Shown piece by piece: positions 31,699 through 43,957 of a stretch of 55,807 nucleotides of DNA. Where the stretch lies: the NCBI GenBank assembly GCA_001275005.1, contig JWZX01002641.1, positions 1 to 55,807 on the forward strand, in the 5' to 3' direction. The notes under the pieces are model-generated. The model made no database searches and was not told the origin of the DNA. It was given only the letters and a program-made list of their open reading frames with translations. Both the position numbers and the translations under genes were made by a program. Position 1 is the stretch's first letter. Every line of letters starts with the position of its first letter. The DNA is from Chrysochromulina tobinii (lineage: Eukaryota).

Positions 31699-33582
31699 AT
31701 GGGCGTCGTCGGCCTAGCATATTCAGAGGAGGACAGGAACCATGCGCCACCAAAGGACGGCCTCGGGCGGGAGCGCGAGCATATTGAACGGCCTGAGCGG
31801 ACGCAAGCGGTCTGGAATAAGCTCGAGAAGAGCGGCACTTTGTTGCAGTGTAAGCGTGTGCCCTCTCGAGAGCTGACTCGCGATGAGGCGCTTCTGTGTC
31901 ACACAGTCGAGCACTGTGATGCGCTCGATGCGCTTGAGCATGCACCGAGCCGCATGGTTGGTGCTTGGTACGGCACATCAGGCGGAACCCAACTCACGGG
32001 CTGGAGCAGATCAGGCCTTGACATGTATCACAGCGGCTTCACACCTCGTGCGGCGCGGCTCGCCGCTGGCAATGCGGTCTCGCTCACGGAGCTCGTATGT
32101 CGCGGTCAGCTGCGCTCAGGATTTGCGGTTGTACGCCCGCCTGGCCACCACGCGTGCACGGACAGGATGTGCGGCTTTTGCTTCCTCAATTCTGCGGCGA
32201 TCGCTGCGCGCACAGCGGTGACCAAGCACGGCATGAATCGGGTGCTGCTCGTCGACTGGGACGTGCATCACGGTAACGGCACACAGGATATCTTCGAAGA
32301 GGACCCGCGCGTGCTCTACCTGTCTTTGCATCGGATGGACAAGATGTTCTTCCCTGGCACAGGCGATGTGAATGATGTGGGCCGCGGCGCGGGTGCGGGC
32401 TACTGCGTCAACCTGCCGTGGCGGCATGAGGGCATGGGCGATGCCGAGTACCTCGCGGCCTTTGATGCGATCGTGATGCCCATCGCCCAGAGCTTCAATC
32501 CCGATCTGGTGATTGTCTCGGCGGGCTTTGATGCGGCGAGTGGTGACAAGGTGGGCGAGATGAATGTCACGCCCGAGGGGTTCGCGGCCATGGCCTCGAA
32601 GCTCACTGCCCTCGCCAACGGACGCGCTGTCTATGTGCTTGAGGGGGGCTATAAACCCAGCACGGTCGCGCGCTGCGCCCTCGCCGTGGTTCAGGTGTTA
32701 CTGAGCGACGCGCGCGAGGAGGACGAGAGGCAGCGGCGGGGCACGGAAGGCGCGAAGCTGTGCGGCGACGGCAGCAGCAGTGGCTGCACGTCATCGTCGC
32801 ACCTAAAGGCGCGGCACAGCGCCGGTGGTGACGGCGACGATGAGGACTGGGAGCCCGGCTCGGCTCGTCGACTGCTGCGCGGCGCGAGCCGAGCGATCAG
32901 CGACGTGGTACGAGCGCATGCCTGCTACTGGCCCGTGCTGCAGCACGCTCTGGCCCGGGCCGGGCTGCGCACCTCGAGGCCCTCTGAGCGCACCTCGAAC
33001 GGCTCCGAGCCCGACACCCTCTGCCCCACTGAGGCACTGCCTGAAGCCGGCGCAGGGAACGAAGTCCAGGGGGCCATGCGCCTGGCAGCAACGAGCGGAG
33101 CGTGCGCGGCGCGCGAGATCGAAGCGCTAGCGGAGCCGGTGACGAGCTCGTTGGCAAAGGAGAAGGATCGAGCTGCGTCGGCCTTTGAGGGCGATGTGGC
33201 CGAGCCTTTGGAGCGTGATGAGCGTGATGGCATCGATGAGCCGATTAGCACTCAGCGATGCGTCGACTGCAATCGCTGGCAGGTTCGCGCGGCGTTTGCG
33301 CCAAGCCAGCTCAAGAAGAAGGCGGGTGCACGCCGGTGCAAGGAGTGCGTCGCCTCGAACAGCGGGCGCCTGAGCTGCGGCACCGCCGACGGAGCGCCGG
33401 TGGCTGAACCCGAGTCGTTGCCTCCCACAATGGGGGGGTTGGTGCGATCATGGGTCGGCGCGAGCTTGGAGGCGGCTAGGAGGCAGGCAGTCGCAAGCCT
33501 CGCTGTGCTCGCAGCGGCCGAAGCGGGCCACTCACGTAGCGAGTGGCGTTGGGCATCGCCGCGGGACGATGGAGGGACGTAG
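31699..33582 (+). CDS. Class II histone deacetylase (HDA1/HDAC6-10-like) with C-terminal Cys4 zinc finger
   Basis: HIERPER, RPPGHHA, GFCFLN, VDWDVHHGNGTQ, FFPGTG, VSAGFDA, VLEGGY; C-terminal CVDC..FAPSQL..CKEC. Confidence 0.95.
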   Translation: MGVVGLAYSEEDRNHAPPKDGLGREREHIERPERTQAVWNKLEKSGTLLQCKRVPSRELTRDEALLCHTVEHCDALDALEHAPSRMVGAWYGTSGGTQLTGWSRSGLDMYHSGFTPRAARLAAGNAVSLTELVCRGQLRSGFAVVRPPGHHACTDRMCGFCFLNSAAIAARTAVTKHGMNRVLLVDWDVHHGNGTQDIFEEDPRVLYLSLHRMDKMFFPGTGDVNDVGRGAGAGYCVNLPWRHEGMGDAEYLAAFDAIVMPIAQSFNPDLVIVSAGFDAASGDKVGEMNVTPEGFAAMASKLTALANGRAVYVLEGGYKPSTVARCALAVVQVLLSDAREEDERQRRGTEGAKLCGDGSSSGCTSSSHLKARHSAGGDGDDEDWEPGSARRLLRGASRAISDVVRAHACYWPVLQHALARAGLRTSRPSERTSNGSEPDTLCPTEALPEAGAGNEVQGAMRLAATSGACAAREIEALAEPVTSSLAKEKDRAASAFEGDVAEPLERDERDGIDEPISTQRCVDCNRWQVRAAFAPSQLKKKAGARRCKECVASNSGRLSCGTADGAPVAEPESLPPTMGGLVRSWVGASLEAARRQAVASLAVLAAAEAGHSRSEWRWASPRDDGGT

Positions 33583-34436
33583 GAGGGACGCCGTCGACTA
33601 GGCCCTGCTCTTAGGCAGGGAGATTCTGCATTCTGCATTCTGGCAAGTGGCATTTGGCTTTTGCGACAAACTCCAAAATGAGCGAGGCTCGTGCGCAGCG
33701 TCTGTGCGCCGTGTGCGCCTCTCGTAACCGCCGGCGGTCCATCGCGAACCGTCCATCGCACCGTACATCCCATCGCGCACACTCCACCCATCGAATGAAA
33801 GAGTGTGTAGTCCCGCGGTCCCGGTCGCTCCGCGCTAGAGCGCGCTCCGGCAGACCACGAATGCGGCGCGACCGTCGAGCGCGAGTTTAAGCTCGTGGTA
33901 ACGCGAACGTGCGAACACAGTCACCGACCGGCGACCGCCGCGGGGCACGGTCCGCGGTCCGCGCCGAACCGAACCGTAACCGACGGGGATCCGATCCTGT
34001 CGGACCGGGGTCCGGCGTGAGGCGGGCGGCGGATTCCCTACGCCGGGTACCCGGTCGCGGTCCGCGGCGCGCGGCGGTGGCCCGGCCGCCCGACCGCCCC
34101 GCCCCCGCCCGCGCCCCCGCGGGCCTCGACCGCGGCCCAAACCCGGCAAAAGTGGGGGCATAACCAGGGATGCGCGTTTGAACTCCTTGCATAGATTGCA
34201 TTTCCCTAGCACACGGATTCAATCGCGCGTGACCGGAGGCTGGGCGTCGCTCGGATACATATTGCATATCGACGTCTAGAGTAACCGCGACGCGGCGTCC
34301 ATACCGACAACTGTCCTAGCGCGGGCACAAGAGAGGGCGGTTCTCTTGGAGAGTGCGCAAGAACGCAAGCTGGGGGCCTGCAGGGGGCACTGCCCACTGC
34401 GCGAGTGCATGACTCTCGGCGCACGATCTCGAGCTC

Positions 34437-35504
34437 TCAAGGATCGCGCGCCCCAGCATCCGCCGCCGGCCCAACGGCAGCTCCATCGATTGAGAGAGCG
34501 GTGTCGCCAGTGGCCCGTGCCTCCAGGTACGCCTTGCGCGCGCGGCGCTGCGCCACGCGACGGGAGCGAGATTCCGGGTTGCTGCGACACGCGGCGAAGA
34601 GCGCCGTGCGCATCGGGTTGCCGCGGCAGGCGGCCGGGATGTGCAGCGCCTCCTCAGCCTCAGCAAGGAGAGGAGGGCCGAATCTGTTGAACGTTATGGA
34701 AGGGCCAGGGTCGGCGACCGCCGCACTGACCGTGGTCGGAGCCGCGCAAGTTGCCCGCGAGCCGTTGGTGGCGCTCACCTCGGGCTCCGCTGCGGGGCGT
34801 GCCCGGCGTGCGGCCATCTGCGCATAGCTCGTCGGTGGCGGCGCTGCTGGCACCCGAGAGCCGACCGGCCCCTCCATGCCCTCGTCCACTGCCACGGCGG
34901 ATGGCGGCGGCGGAGGGGCCACCACCGAGGCTGCCGCCGCTGCCGTCCCCACCGGCGCCGGGGTCGAGAGCAGACCCGAAGGCAGCCAAGGGACGGTCGC
35001 GATGGGCGGCGGCAGCTGAGCACCGATCAGGCGTGTCTCGGGCGACGAGAGCAGCAGAGACGACAGTAAGTCGGCAGGCAGCAGCGCCATGGCCGAGGGC
35101 GACCCCGCCTCGGCATCTTCCCCCGCGGCCGCCGCCGCTTCGGGAGGAGGCGTGACGCAGGTAAGCGCATTCATCTGCGGCGCCTCACACGCCCGGCGGC
35201 AAAGGGTCGCTTTGAAGAGCTCTTGGCGCTCCACAAGCTCGCGCGCCTGTAAGTCATCAAACGAGTCGCGTCGCATCGACGCGTCCAAGCCTGCCGAGCA
35301 AAGGCCCGTGGCTGCGCAACGCGGTGCAGCCAACGTGAGCCGCTCGTGTAAGGGCACTGATCTCACCCGTGGCCTCTGCTGTGTCATGATGCTGGCGTCG
35401 GACAGTTTGTTTCGCACTGCTGCCGTGACTGGCGTGGATAGTTTATACGACGAGGACGTCGCCGGCTGGAATGGCGCCGCAGTGGCGCGCAGCTCGCTCA
35501 TCAT
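34437..35504 (-). CDS. Hypothetical protein with N-terminal PAM2-like motif
   Basis: Long ORF; MMSELRATAAPFQP resembles the PAM2 pattern LxxxAxxFxP; otherwise Ala/Pro-rich. Confidence 0.5.
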   Translation of the reverse strand: MMSELRATAAPFQPATSSSYKLSTPVTAAVRNKLSDASIMTQQRPRVRSVPLHERLTLAAPRCAATGLCSAGLDASMRRDSFDDLQARELVERQELFKATLCRRACEAPQMNALTCVTPPPEAAAAAGEDAEAGSPSAMALLPADLLSSLLLSSPETRLIGAQLPPPIATVPWLPSGLLSTPAPVGTAAAAASVVAPPPPPSAVAVDEGMEGPVGSRVPAAPPPTSYAQMAARRARPAAEPEVSATNGSRATCAAPTTVSAAVADPGPSITFNRFGPPLLAEAEEALHIPAACRGNPMRTALFAACRSNPESRSRRVAQRRARKAYLEARATGDTALSIDGAAVGPAADAGARDP

Positions 35505-35736
35505 CGCGCGGCGACCGCTGCCTCGGAGTAGCGGATTGGCGCAAAAGCGTTGGCGCCACCCAAACTGAGCATCTTTGGGCTTTCTTGTTAACAGCGGAAC
35601 AGCTTCTTTTGTTTCTTTTGTTAACATGTCTTGATTCTGTTAACAAAGTTGTTTAGCTACGATGAGGACTGCAACTTTTTTATTGGGTGAAACACGAACG
35701 CACTTCGTCAAAACCTTCCTAGTGCAATGGTGGATT

Positions 35737-35892
35737 GCTGGGCTGAAGGAAAAGGTCTCGTCGCCCTTCTCAAGACACTATATCCGAGGTACGCGCATCT
35801 TGTACCTTTATGGAGGACACTGCGCGCTGGGCTGAAGGAAAAGGACTCGTCGCCCTTCTCAAGACACTATATCCGAGGTACGCGCATCTTGT
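35737..35892 (+). repeat. 67-bp direct repeat, period 89 bp
   Basis: 35737-35803 vs 35826-35892, one mismatch. Confidence 0.92.
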
Positions 35893-36238
35893 GGTGCCCA
35901 AACAGGATGGTAGTCGACCATGGGAGCCGGCCTCTTTGGCAATAAAAGACGTCAACCTTGCTTACAAGCGAGCCGCGACCTTATTGCACCCAGACCGCCA
36001 TTTGGACCGCGACGCGGCGTTTCGCTCCGCGGCCGAGGACGTGCTTAAACACCTCACCAAGGCGCATGCCAGCGCCTCCTCCTGGTTCGCCGGCGTTCTC
36101 GAGCACGTGGAGAAGACCGATCTTGGAAAGCGTACAACGCCGCCGGCCAGGCCATACACCAAGGGAATGGACGGCCAAGGCACTCTGCCTCCTGATGACA
36201 CTGATCTCTTCGATGCACCACCCGTGCGTCGCCTGCCT

Positions 36239-36269
<31 letters not shown>

Positions 36270-37042
36270 ACGAAGCAAGTTTGCAACAGGACGACGACGA
36301 CGATGACGACAACAATGAGGCTGAGGCTGAGGACGAAGAGGGCGTGGACGCGGAAGCCCCACGTGCGAGCCAGCTGTCCACGGCGACCTCTATGGCTGCA
36401 GCTCCAACCGGCGCAGCACCGCAGCGCACTTGCACGGTGGCAGTAGCGCCGCCGCCAGGCGCAATTGCAGACGGCTCTTCAACTGTCGATTGCAGCAGCG
36501 ACTCTGTAAGCTCTTCGTATTACGCACATGCGCTGCGGGATCGAATATGGCACCTTGAAGTAGCGCTGCGCACCGAGAAGCGTGAGCGGCAGGAGATGGA
36601 GGAAAGCATGTCGGCCGCATATAACGGTCTCATCCGCGAACTTCTGGAGGAGCTGGCGGCGTCCAAGGTTACCGCCGCGCCGCCCGCCGCCGCCGGCGCT
36701 GGTGCGGCGAGCACGGCCCGCTCCACAGTCGCTTCCGCTTCGTTTGCTGTTGCGCCCGTGTGCAGCGCTCCTGCCGCTCCGGCAGCCGCGGCTGCCACCA
36801 AATCGACATCGTCGGAATGGTCGACGGACACGCGTGCTCGCCGCATGGCAACGCCGCCGCCTTCCTCTGCGGCCACAGGCTGGGAGGACAATAAGCCGCA
36901 CGTGGTCGCCCCGCGAGGTTTGTCCTCTCTCACCGCCGAAGCGCGCGGCGCGCTACCCCGCGACTGTAGCGGGAGGGGTTGGGCAGACGACGAGAAGGGC
37001 GGTCGCAATTGGTCCCGTCATCACACGCTCGAGATGGATTGA
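35810..37042 (+). CDS. J-domain (auxilin-like, HPD) protein with acidic region and coiled coil
   Basis: W..GKGLVALLKTL..W....L..DVNLAYKRAATLLHPDR..AEDVLKHLTKAH; an alternative start at 35727 is possible if spliced. Confidence 0.65.
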
Positions 37043-37828
37043 CCATATTCGTTCGACGCGTTCAACGCGAAGCACGAAATGAGCACGGGAGGTCTCAAGA
37101 GGGTGGTCGAGAAGTCTCCCATTACCTGCGTTCTTTGGCCAAGCGTATGGTGCGCGTCACCCGGTACGTCGCCGGGTACGTGCGTTGGCTTTTCGTGTTC
37201 GAGCGACGGGTGCGCGCAGCCGTTGACCAGGACCGCGCCCCGTATCTCGTTTTTGTACCGGGCTCCGCCAGCGGGGCGCGCAGGAGCCGCGGCACCAGGC
37301 TGGCGCAGGGGGGGCGCGGGCGGCGGGACCTCGCGGCCGCCTTCCGGTTTCTGGCGAGTTCTTGAGTATAGTTTTTAGTTACGACATCGATACACGTTTA
37401 GAGTGAGAGTCATACGTCCACGGTACAGTGCACGGATTCGAGCCGGTTATCACCCGGGACCTCACGCGTCACGGGGGTACCCGGATGGACTAGCTCGTCG
37501 TAACGATCGAGGCGTGACTGTCGGGGCCGACGTGGCGGTCTATGGCGGTCCGTCGCCGAGGCGTCGCGCGTTTCGGTCCGCAGAGGTTATGCGGGCCCGG
37601 GCCACCCGCCGGCGCGCGCATTCTTATCTCCCGCGATCCGACACCGCCTGACCGCGCGGATCACACGTCGTATCGACGTCGACCGCCCGTGCGGGCGCGT
37701 GGGAGCTTCCGCAAAGCACCGATCGAGCGCAGGACAACACCGACGCGCGGCTCAGAGCCACATCCTATCAGCCATCACCCAGACCTGCGGCGTCAATGAT
37801 GTCACCTGCACGTTTTGCCTGCGCCCTC

Positions 37829-40800
37829 TCACTGGTGCTCGTGCAGTCCGCCAGCTTCGGTGTTGGCAAACGCCTCAGCAAGGCCAGCACGCAGTTCCTT
37901 GGCGCTCGGGTACTCGGGAAGGTAGAGCTTGTTGCCGCAAGTCTGCGCGGTGGGGAGCAGCCCACCTCCGTGCTGCGGCATCACTTCGATCTCCAGCATC
38001 GAGAGGCCCACTGGCGGCAGGTGCGGGCACGCCGTCACAAAGTTGAGGAACTTTGCGCGGCTCTCGTTGCCCATGGCGAGCAGCTCATCAATGAGGAGCT
38101 GGTAGACGGTCGAATGCTTGGTGTACCCGCCGCTAGGGTGCACGTGCCGCTGCAGCTCGACCTCAGTCCACTCAATGGACATTGTGCCGCAGAGCACCGT
38201 CTGGAGCTCAGGTAGGGTGAAAGGCTGCAGCGCGGCAGGCGGGAACACCTCCGCGAGGCCCTCGCGGAACGCGTTCGCCTGTGCGAGCACGCCATCCGCG
38301 AGCCAGAGCTGCGCGAGCAGATACACGTACTCCTGCAGATTGTGAACCGTGACCTCGCGCTCCTCGCCGCCGTCGCACAGGGCACAGCCCGTGAGCGGGC
38401 ACACGAAGGCACAGCCGCCCGCTAGCAGCCACTCGCGCAGCGAAAGGCTCGTGCCCATGCCAAGGCACGAGCGCGCAAACTCGTGGTTCGCCTCACGCTC
38501 GTACCGGCGGCGGCGCTCCGCCTCGCCGAGCGACGAGCCCTCTGCGTCGATGGCGGCGAGGCGCGCACACACGGCCGCGTAGCCGGAGGCGACGCCGCCC
38601 GTCGCGCCCGGCGGCGGCAGCGCGGCGTACGTGAGCGTGCCGCCTCGCACCAGGTGCAGGAAGTGTCGCGAGAGAGGCAGCGGCACGATGAACGAGTCGC
38701 GGCACGCCTTGGCCGTGAGCCGACCGAGGAAGCGAAAGCGCTCCAAGACGGCGGCGATCCTGGCCTGTGGGGTGCCCGGCGGCAGCGGCAGCGGGAACAG
38801 CTCGCCCGAGTGCCCGATGACTCCGGACGAGCCGTTGTGCGCGCCGCTGGAGGTCTCACACACCCAGATCGGCAGCTGCTCATGGACCGCTGTCTTGAGC
38901 AGCTCGTTGGCTGTGGCGGAGTAAAAGTTCTGCGTCACCCCGCTTCCAAAGCCGCTCTCGCCCTCAAACTGGATCTCGAGCGCGTGACGCGAGGACGCGT
39001 GCAGCGCCATCAGCCGCTCGGCCATCGGGAGCAGCCGCTCGCGTACTACCCGGGCAATGTCCGAGCGGAGCGAGCCGAGGCGCTCGCGCCCAACGCGATC
39101 CTCGATCTCCGTCTGCTGCTCGACCACCTCGGCGAGGCCCTGATGGTCGTTGCCGAGCTCCGCCTCAAGGCGCGCGCGTTCGAGCGCCGCAATCTCCTCG
39201 GCGTACGCCGAGCGCACCGTGGCCACCTGCGCCTCCTGCGACCAGTGCATGGCGCGAGAGACGCCGAAGGCGCTCGAGCGGAAGTGCATCATGCGCGCGC
39301 GCGCCGTGAACAGGGCGGGGCAGCGCTCGAGCAGCCGGCGCGACCATTGGGGCAGCGCGCCGCTCGAAACGGCGAGCGCATCGGAGAGCTGCCGCTGGAG
39401 CTTTGCCGAGAGAAGTGAGGAGGCGAGCGCCGCGCGCGCGCGCTCGTCGGCCGAGTCGGCCGAGCCGCTGCCGGGCACGAGCGCGGCTCCTGCCACAGGC
39501 GAGCTGCCCGCCTCGCTCACCTCGTCGGCGCCGTCGACGACGAGCCGACGCGCGAACAGGCACAAGAGCAGAAGCACGTCGGCGAAGTCGCCCTCGCGCA
39601 CGTCCGCGCGGCGCAGCTCGTTACGTAGCTCGCTCAGAGCCGCGGGCGAAGGGATGGGTTTCGAGCCGGTAGGCGTGGCGCGAGGCGCGCCCGAGACCTC
39701 GCGATAGACAGCCATGAGCGTGGCCGAGCAGAGAGGCGCGAGGGTGGAGCCATAACTCGCTGCCAGGACGCGCGTAGCCGCATCGCTTAGCCGCAGCTCG
39801 CAGCCGGGCGTCGCGCGTCGCAGCTCGCGCAGCACCGCTTCGGGCTCGAGGCGCCCTGAGAGCAGATCTGCCTCCACTTCTTTGACGCTCCATGGCAGCA
39901 ACGGCGCCGTGGGGGTGAGTGGTGAGGAGGCCCGCGCGCTGCCAAGCCCACTCCCGCGAGGGGAGGCGCCGCCGCCGCTGCGGGGGCTGCCTGCGGCGGC
40001 GCTGGCGGGGCGCGGCTCGGAGACCTCAATTGAGTAGTGCAAGTGCCAGCGTGCAGGTCCGTAGCCGCGAGGCTTGCGGAACACAGGCGGTGGGATGAGC
40101 GTGTACTGCTGTTGCTCGTCGGGAGGCATGCGCGCGTACTCGGCTTCGCACACGTCGTAGTTCTCGTCGCGCAGCTTGTACCGGTTGCCCACGATGGGGC
40201 TCTGGCCGGTGCGATCACACGTGACGCCCGGATGGTAGCCGAGCTCTTGCGGCTCGAGGGCAGCTGCCCGGCCAGAGGCGGTGCTCTCGCGCAGCACCTG
40301 GAGTGCGTGGAGCAGCGTCGCGTCCTCGTCGAAGATAAGCCCCGGCTCGGCGGGCACCTCGCCACTCGAGGGCCCAAGCGCAAACCGCACGCGCAGCCGC
40401 ATCGGCGCGATATCAAATTCGTCCGCGGTGCCGCCCGGCTCGGCAGACGTGTCCATGTGAACCCTGAGCACCGTGGGCGAGGCGGCGGAGGCGGCGGCGC
40501 CGCCGCCTGCACTGTCGAGGGAAAAGGGCGGCACGTGCTGGAGCGAGGGGCCCTCGAGCGCCTCGCGTGGCACGCGCCCCACAGGCTGCGAGCGCCCTAT
40601 GTGGAAGGCGGACAGGGTGCGGCGCAGGTTGGCGGGCTGCGTGTCACGTGACGAGGGATCGAGCTCGCCGCGCTCCTCGCGGCCCGAGAGGAACTCGAAA
40701 GACATGAAGATCGCGGCGAGCGGGTTGGATCGCTGCTTGGACTCGGGCTGGGGCACAAGGCGCACGCGGTAGCCCGGCACGGCCTCCTCGAAGCTGCCGT

Positions 40801-43800
40801 CGTCGTACACGAGCGACAAGGGGCCCGCAGGGCTGAGCTCCACCACTGTCGCCGCGCGCCACTGCGCGCCTTCGGCACCGGCATTCGACTCACGCTCGCC
40901 GCTCGGCCGTTCGCCACTCGCTCGCTCTGAGCGGCGCTCGCCATCGCCTCCCGGGCCATCGGCCGCCACCAGGCCCTGCACACGTGTAAGCAGTGCATAC
41001 GGGCTGCTGCTTCCGCCGGCGCCGTGGTCGGCGCCACCCTCGTGCGCGGGCAGCGTCGTCTGATCGACCTCGATGGTGACCATGACGGTGTGATGCAGCC
41101 GATGCACAAGCGTCTCCGCCTCGTGTTTGGTCTGCCGGCGCGCCACCGCCGCCCGGCGCGTATCGCGCAACTTCTCGGCGACAGCTCGCTCAAACTGGGC
41201 GCCGCCGCGCTCCCAGCCGCGGTCGCGCCAGCCGTACTCGTCGCTCGGGCCGCGCGACATGGGCGCGACACCCGGCTCTGCCTGGCGCAGCGCGCGGCGC
41301 ACAACCGACAGCACATTGTCGAGGAACAGCTCGACAGGCAGCCCCTCCGGGCATTCGATGACAACTGTGTGGATGCGAGAATCCGGGTCGGCGACCATTG
41401 TGCTGCCGCCCGCGGCCGCCGCGGCGCGCGAGCGCGAGCGCAATTCCTCGAGCGTGCGCTGGTCAACGCGGCCAGTGATGCGGTACTCGCGCGTCGCCAT
41501 CACCACCTCGTGCTCGCTACGGTCGTCGTACGCGAGCGTGTGCAGCAGCAGCCGCAGCGGCGTCGCCACTCGAAAGCCAACCACAGTGGCCCGCCGGAAG
41601 GGGGGCGCCGGCTCGGGTCGCCAGCCAGCCGGTGAGGCACCTCCCGGCGGCGAGTACGGCGCGCCCGACGAGGAGGCGGGGGCAGCGGGCGGCTGGTCGC
41701 TGTGCAGCGCGCGCTCCTCGACGACGCACCCGAGCAGCCGAGTGCAGAAGGCCTCGTACGCGGAGTCCGCGACCGGCGAAGTGCGCAGAATGTGCTGCTG
41801 GAGCTGTCCCACGCGCACGAGCGCGTCGATGGACAGCTTCAGCGCCGTAGGCACAGCCGCGTCGCCGCCGCCGCTGCCGCCGCCAGCGGGCGCTGGCAGC
41901 GGGTGGAGGCAGATCTGCAGGGGCTCGGCGAGGGACTTGAGCGAGTGCGCGCCGTCGCCGCTCGACGCGTACAAGTGCACGGGGAGTGCCTCGGTGGCAG
42001 CGAGCGTGTCGTGCAGCAGCGCGAGCAGCCGCTCGAGCGCCTCGCCGCCCGCCTCGCCAACACCCGCGCCGAAGGCACGCTCAAAGTCCGCCCAGCGCTG
42101 GCGCAGCTCGGCCGGCCGAGCGTTGGCGAGCTCGTCAAGCAGCCAGGGCACGGTGCCACTCTGCTGCAGCTCGTGGGCCGAGGGGGCATGCTCGGAAAGA
42201 AGGAGCGCAGCGAGCTTCGCCGCGGCTTTGCCAAAAGAGGCACGCCCCTCGGCAGGGAGCTGGCGCAGCGCCAGCATCACCGAAGACTCGGAGGCACTCA
42301 CCGGCACCGCGCGCAGCAGCGACGAGGCGCGCGTCGCGAGCGTCACAACATCCTCCGGCTTCAGCGAGATGGCCTGGGCGCGCGACGAGTGTACCGCCAA
42401 AGCCGCAGTCGCAGCCTCGTCAACGCCTCCGTCGTCATCGCCGCCGCCATCTGCGCTCCCGCTGCCGTCGCCGCCTGCAGCCTTGCCAATGATCTCCTGG
42501 AGGACGAGATCAACGCCGTGGCGGCGTGCATTCGGGCCGAGGAGCTGGGCGGAGGCCTCGAGCCCAGCGACGAGCATGCGCAGCGCGACGAACTGGCTGA
42601 GTGCCGTGGGAGCGGCGAGGAGCGCGCGCAGCGCCGAGAGCAGTTGGCCGAGCTGCTGAGGCGAGAGCCGGTCGAGCTGCTCTCGGCTCGCTCGCTGGAC
42701 CACGTAGCTGAGGACCATGAGGACGCGCTTGTGCAGCTTGGGCGACTGGGCGCCCGAGAGCGCGCTGAGCAGCGCCGGCAGCAGGCACGTGAAGCACTCG
42801 GCCGCTGCCTTCTCCTCCTCCTCCTCGCTCAGCAGTCTCTGTGAGGCCGACGGGGTCTGCTCGCTCTCACGTAGCGTCTCGCGCAGCACCGACGCCGCAT
42901 CATCGGCGGCTGCATCGAGGTCGACGAGCGCTGGGTCGGCGCCGTGCGCAAGCAGGCAGCGCACCACTTCCACGTTGTCCTGAATGGCTGCGATCTGCAG
43001 CGCCGAGCCCGACGAGCCCACAAAGTTGACATGCGCGCCGCGCGAGATGAGGAACTGGATGAGCGCGACAGAGGCGCCGTGCGAGACTGCCAGATTGAGG
43101 GGCGAGCTGCCGTCCCCGTCGGTGCAGTTGACGTCGGCGCCGTCGCGCACCACCATCTGCACGCGCGAGAGGTCGTTGGACGGGATGGCCGTCTTGGTCA
43201 GAAAGTTGTTGAGGATGAAGGCAGGCGCGACGCGCTGCCGCCGCTCGGTGGAAAGGCCCATGCCCGAGCCAAAAGGCATGAGCTCGGAGCCACTCAGCTT
43301 GGCCGCCACCTCCTCCTCGTGCCACATGACGAGGAACATGCCGTCATCGAGCGAGTCTAGCACCGTGCCCTCTCCAAAGTCGCCGTCCATCCGGCGCGCC
43401 ATCACCGACTCGCCCACCGCGTACCGCACCTCGTCACTACGGCTCGTCAGGTCGCCATCGTCCTCCTTCACCTCGAGCAGCTGCTGCGTGAGCGCCAGCG
43501 CCACCTCGAGCACGCAAGTGCAGAGCTGCGAGTTTGAGCTCACCTGCAAGAGCGCGGGAAGGAGCAGGCATGAGCGCGCCAGGCAGGCTCTGCGCTTGCA
43601 GAGGCACTGATGATGTCGCACAACACTGCCGCGCATGCAGGTTGGATGTGGCTGAATCGCGCGGCGGCAATGCGCTCTGCGAACCACCGCACCTGTATCA
43701 GGGAGCTGGCGAGCACGGGCACAGTCCCCTCACGGCAATAGTTGGCCAGCGAGAGCGGTGAGTTGCGGCAAGCGGCGATGATGTTCCGGCACGCCGTGCG

Positions 43801-43872
43801 GAAAGGGCTAGCATCACTAATGGTAGCGTTCGTGGACTTGAGACGGTCGAGGTCGTTGCGAATGCCCGCCAT
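37829..43872 (-). CDS. HECT E3 ubiquitin ligase (TRIP12/UFD4/UPL3-like) with ankyrin, Tudor-like and degenerate ZZ modules
   Basis: Exon 43872-43693, GT-AG intron 43544-43692, long exon 2. Ankyrin GADVN..G.SPL.LA; LEIQFEGESGFGSGVTQNFY; FRFLGRL.AKA; FLNFVTACPHLP; catalytic LPTAQTCGNKLYLPEY. Confidence 0.92.
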
Positions 43873-43957
43873 CGTTGCGATCGGCTGCGAAGATGGATTT
43901 TGCTGGGGAGACAGGCGCCAAGACCGCGACGAGCCTTGGACGCTTCCGCCCAAGAGA

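Noticed and set aside
33820..37750. Transposon with terminal inverted repeats carrying the two divergent genes
   Set aside because: Only short GC-rich matches (~14 bp) in inconsistent order between the two flanks; no transposase or target-site duplication seen.
37829..43687. ORF-track N-terminus MVRRAHCRR.. of the HECT protein
   Set aside because: It lies inside the GT-AG intron 43544-43692; a phase-consistent upstream exon starts at 43872.
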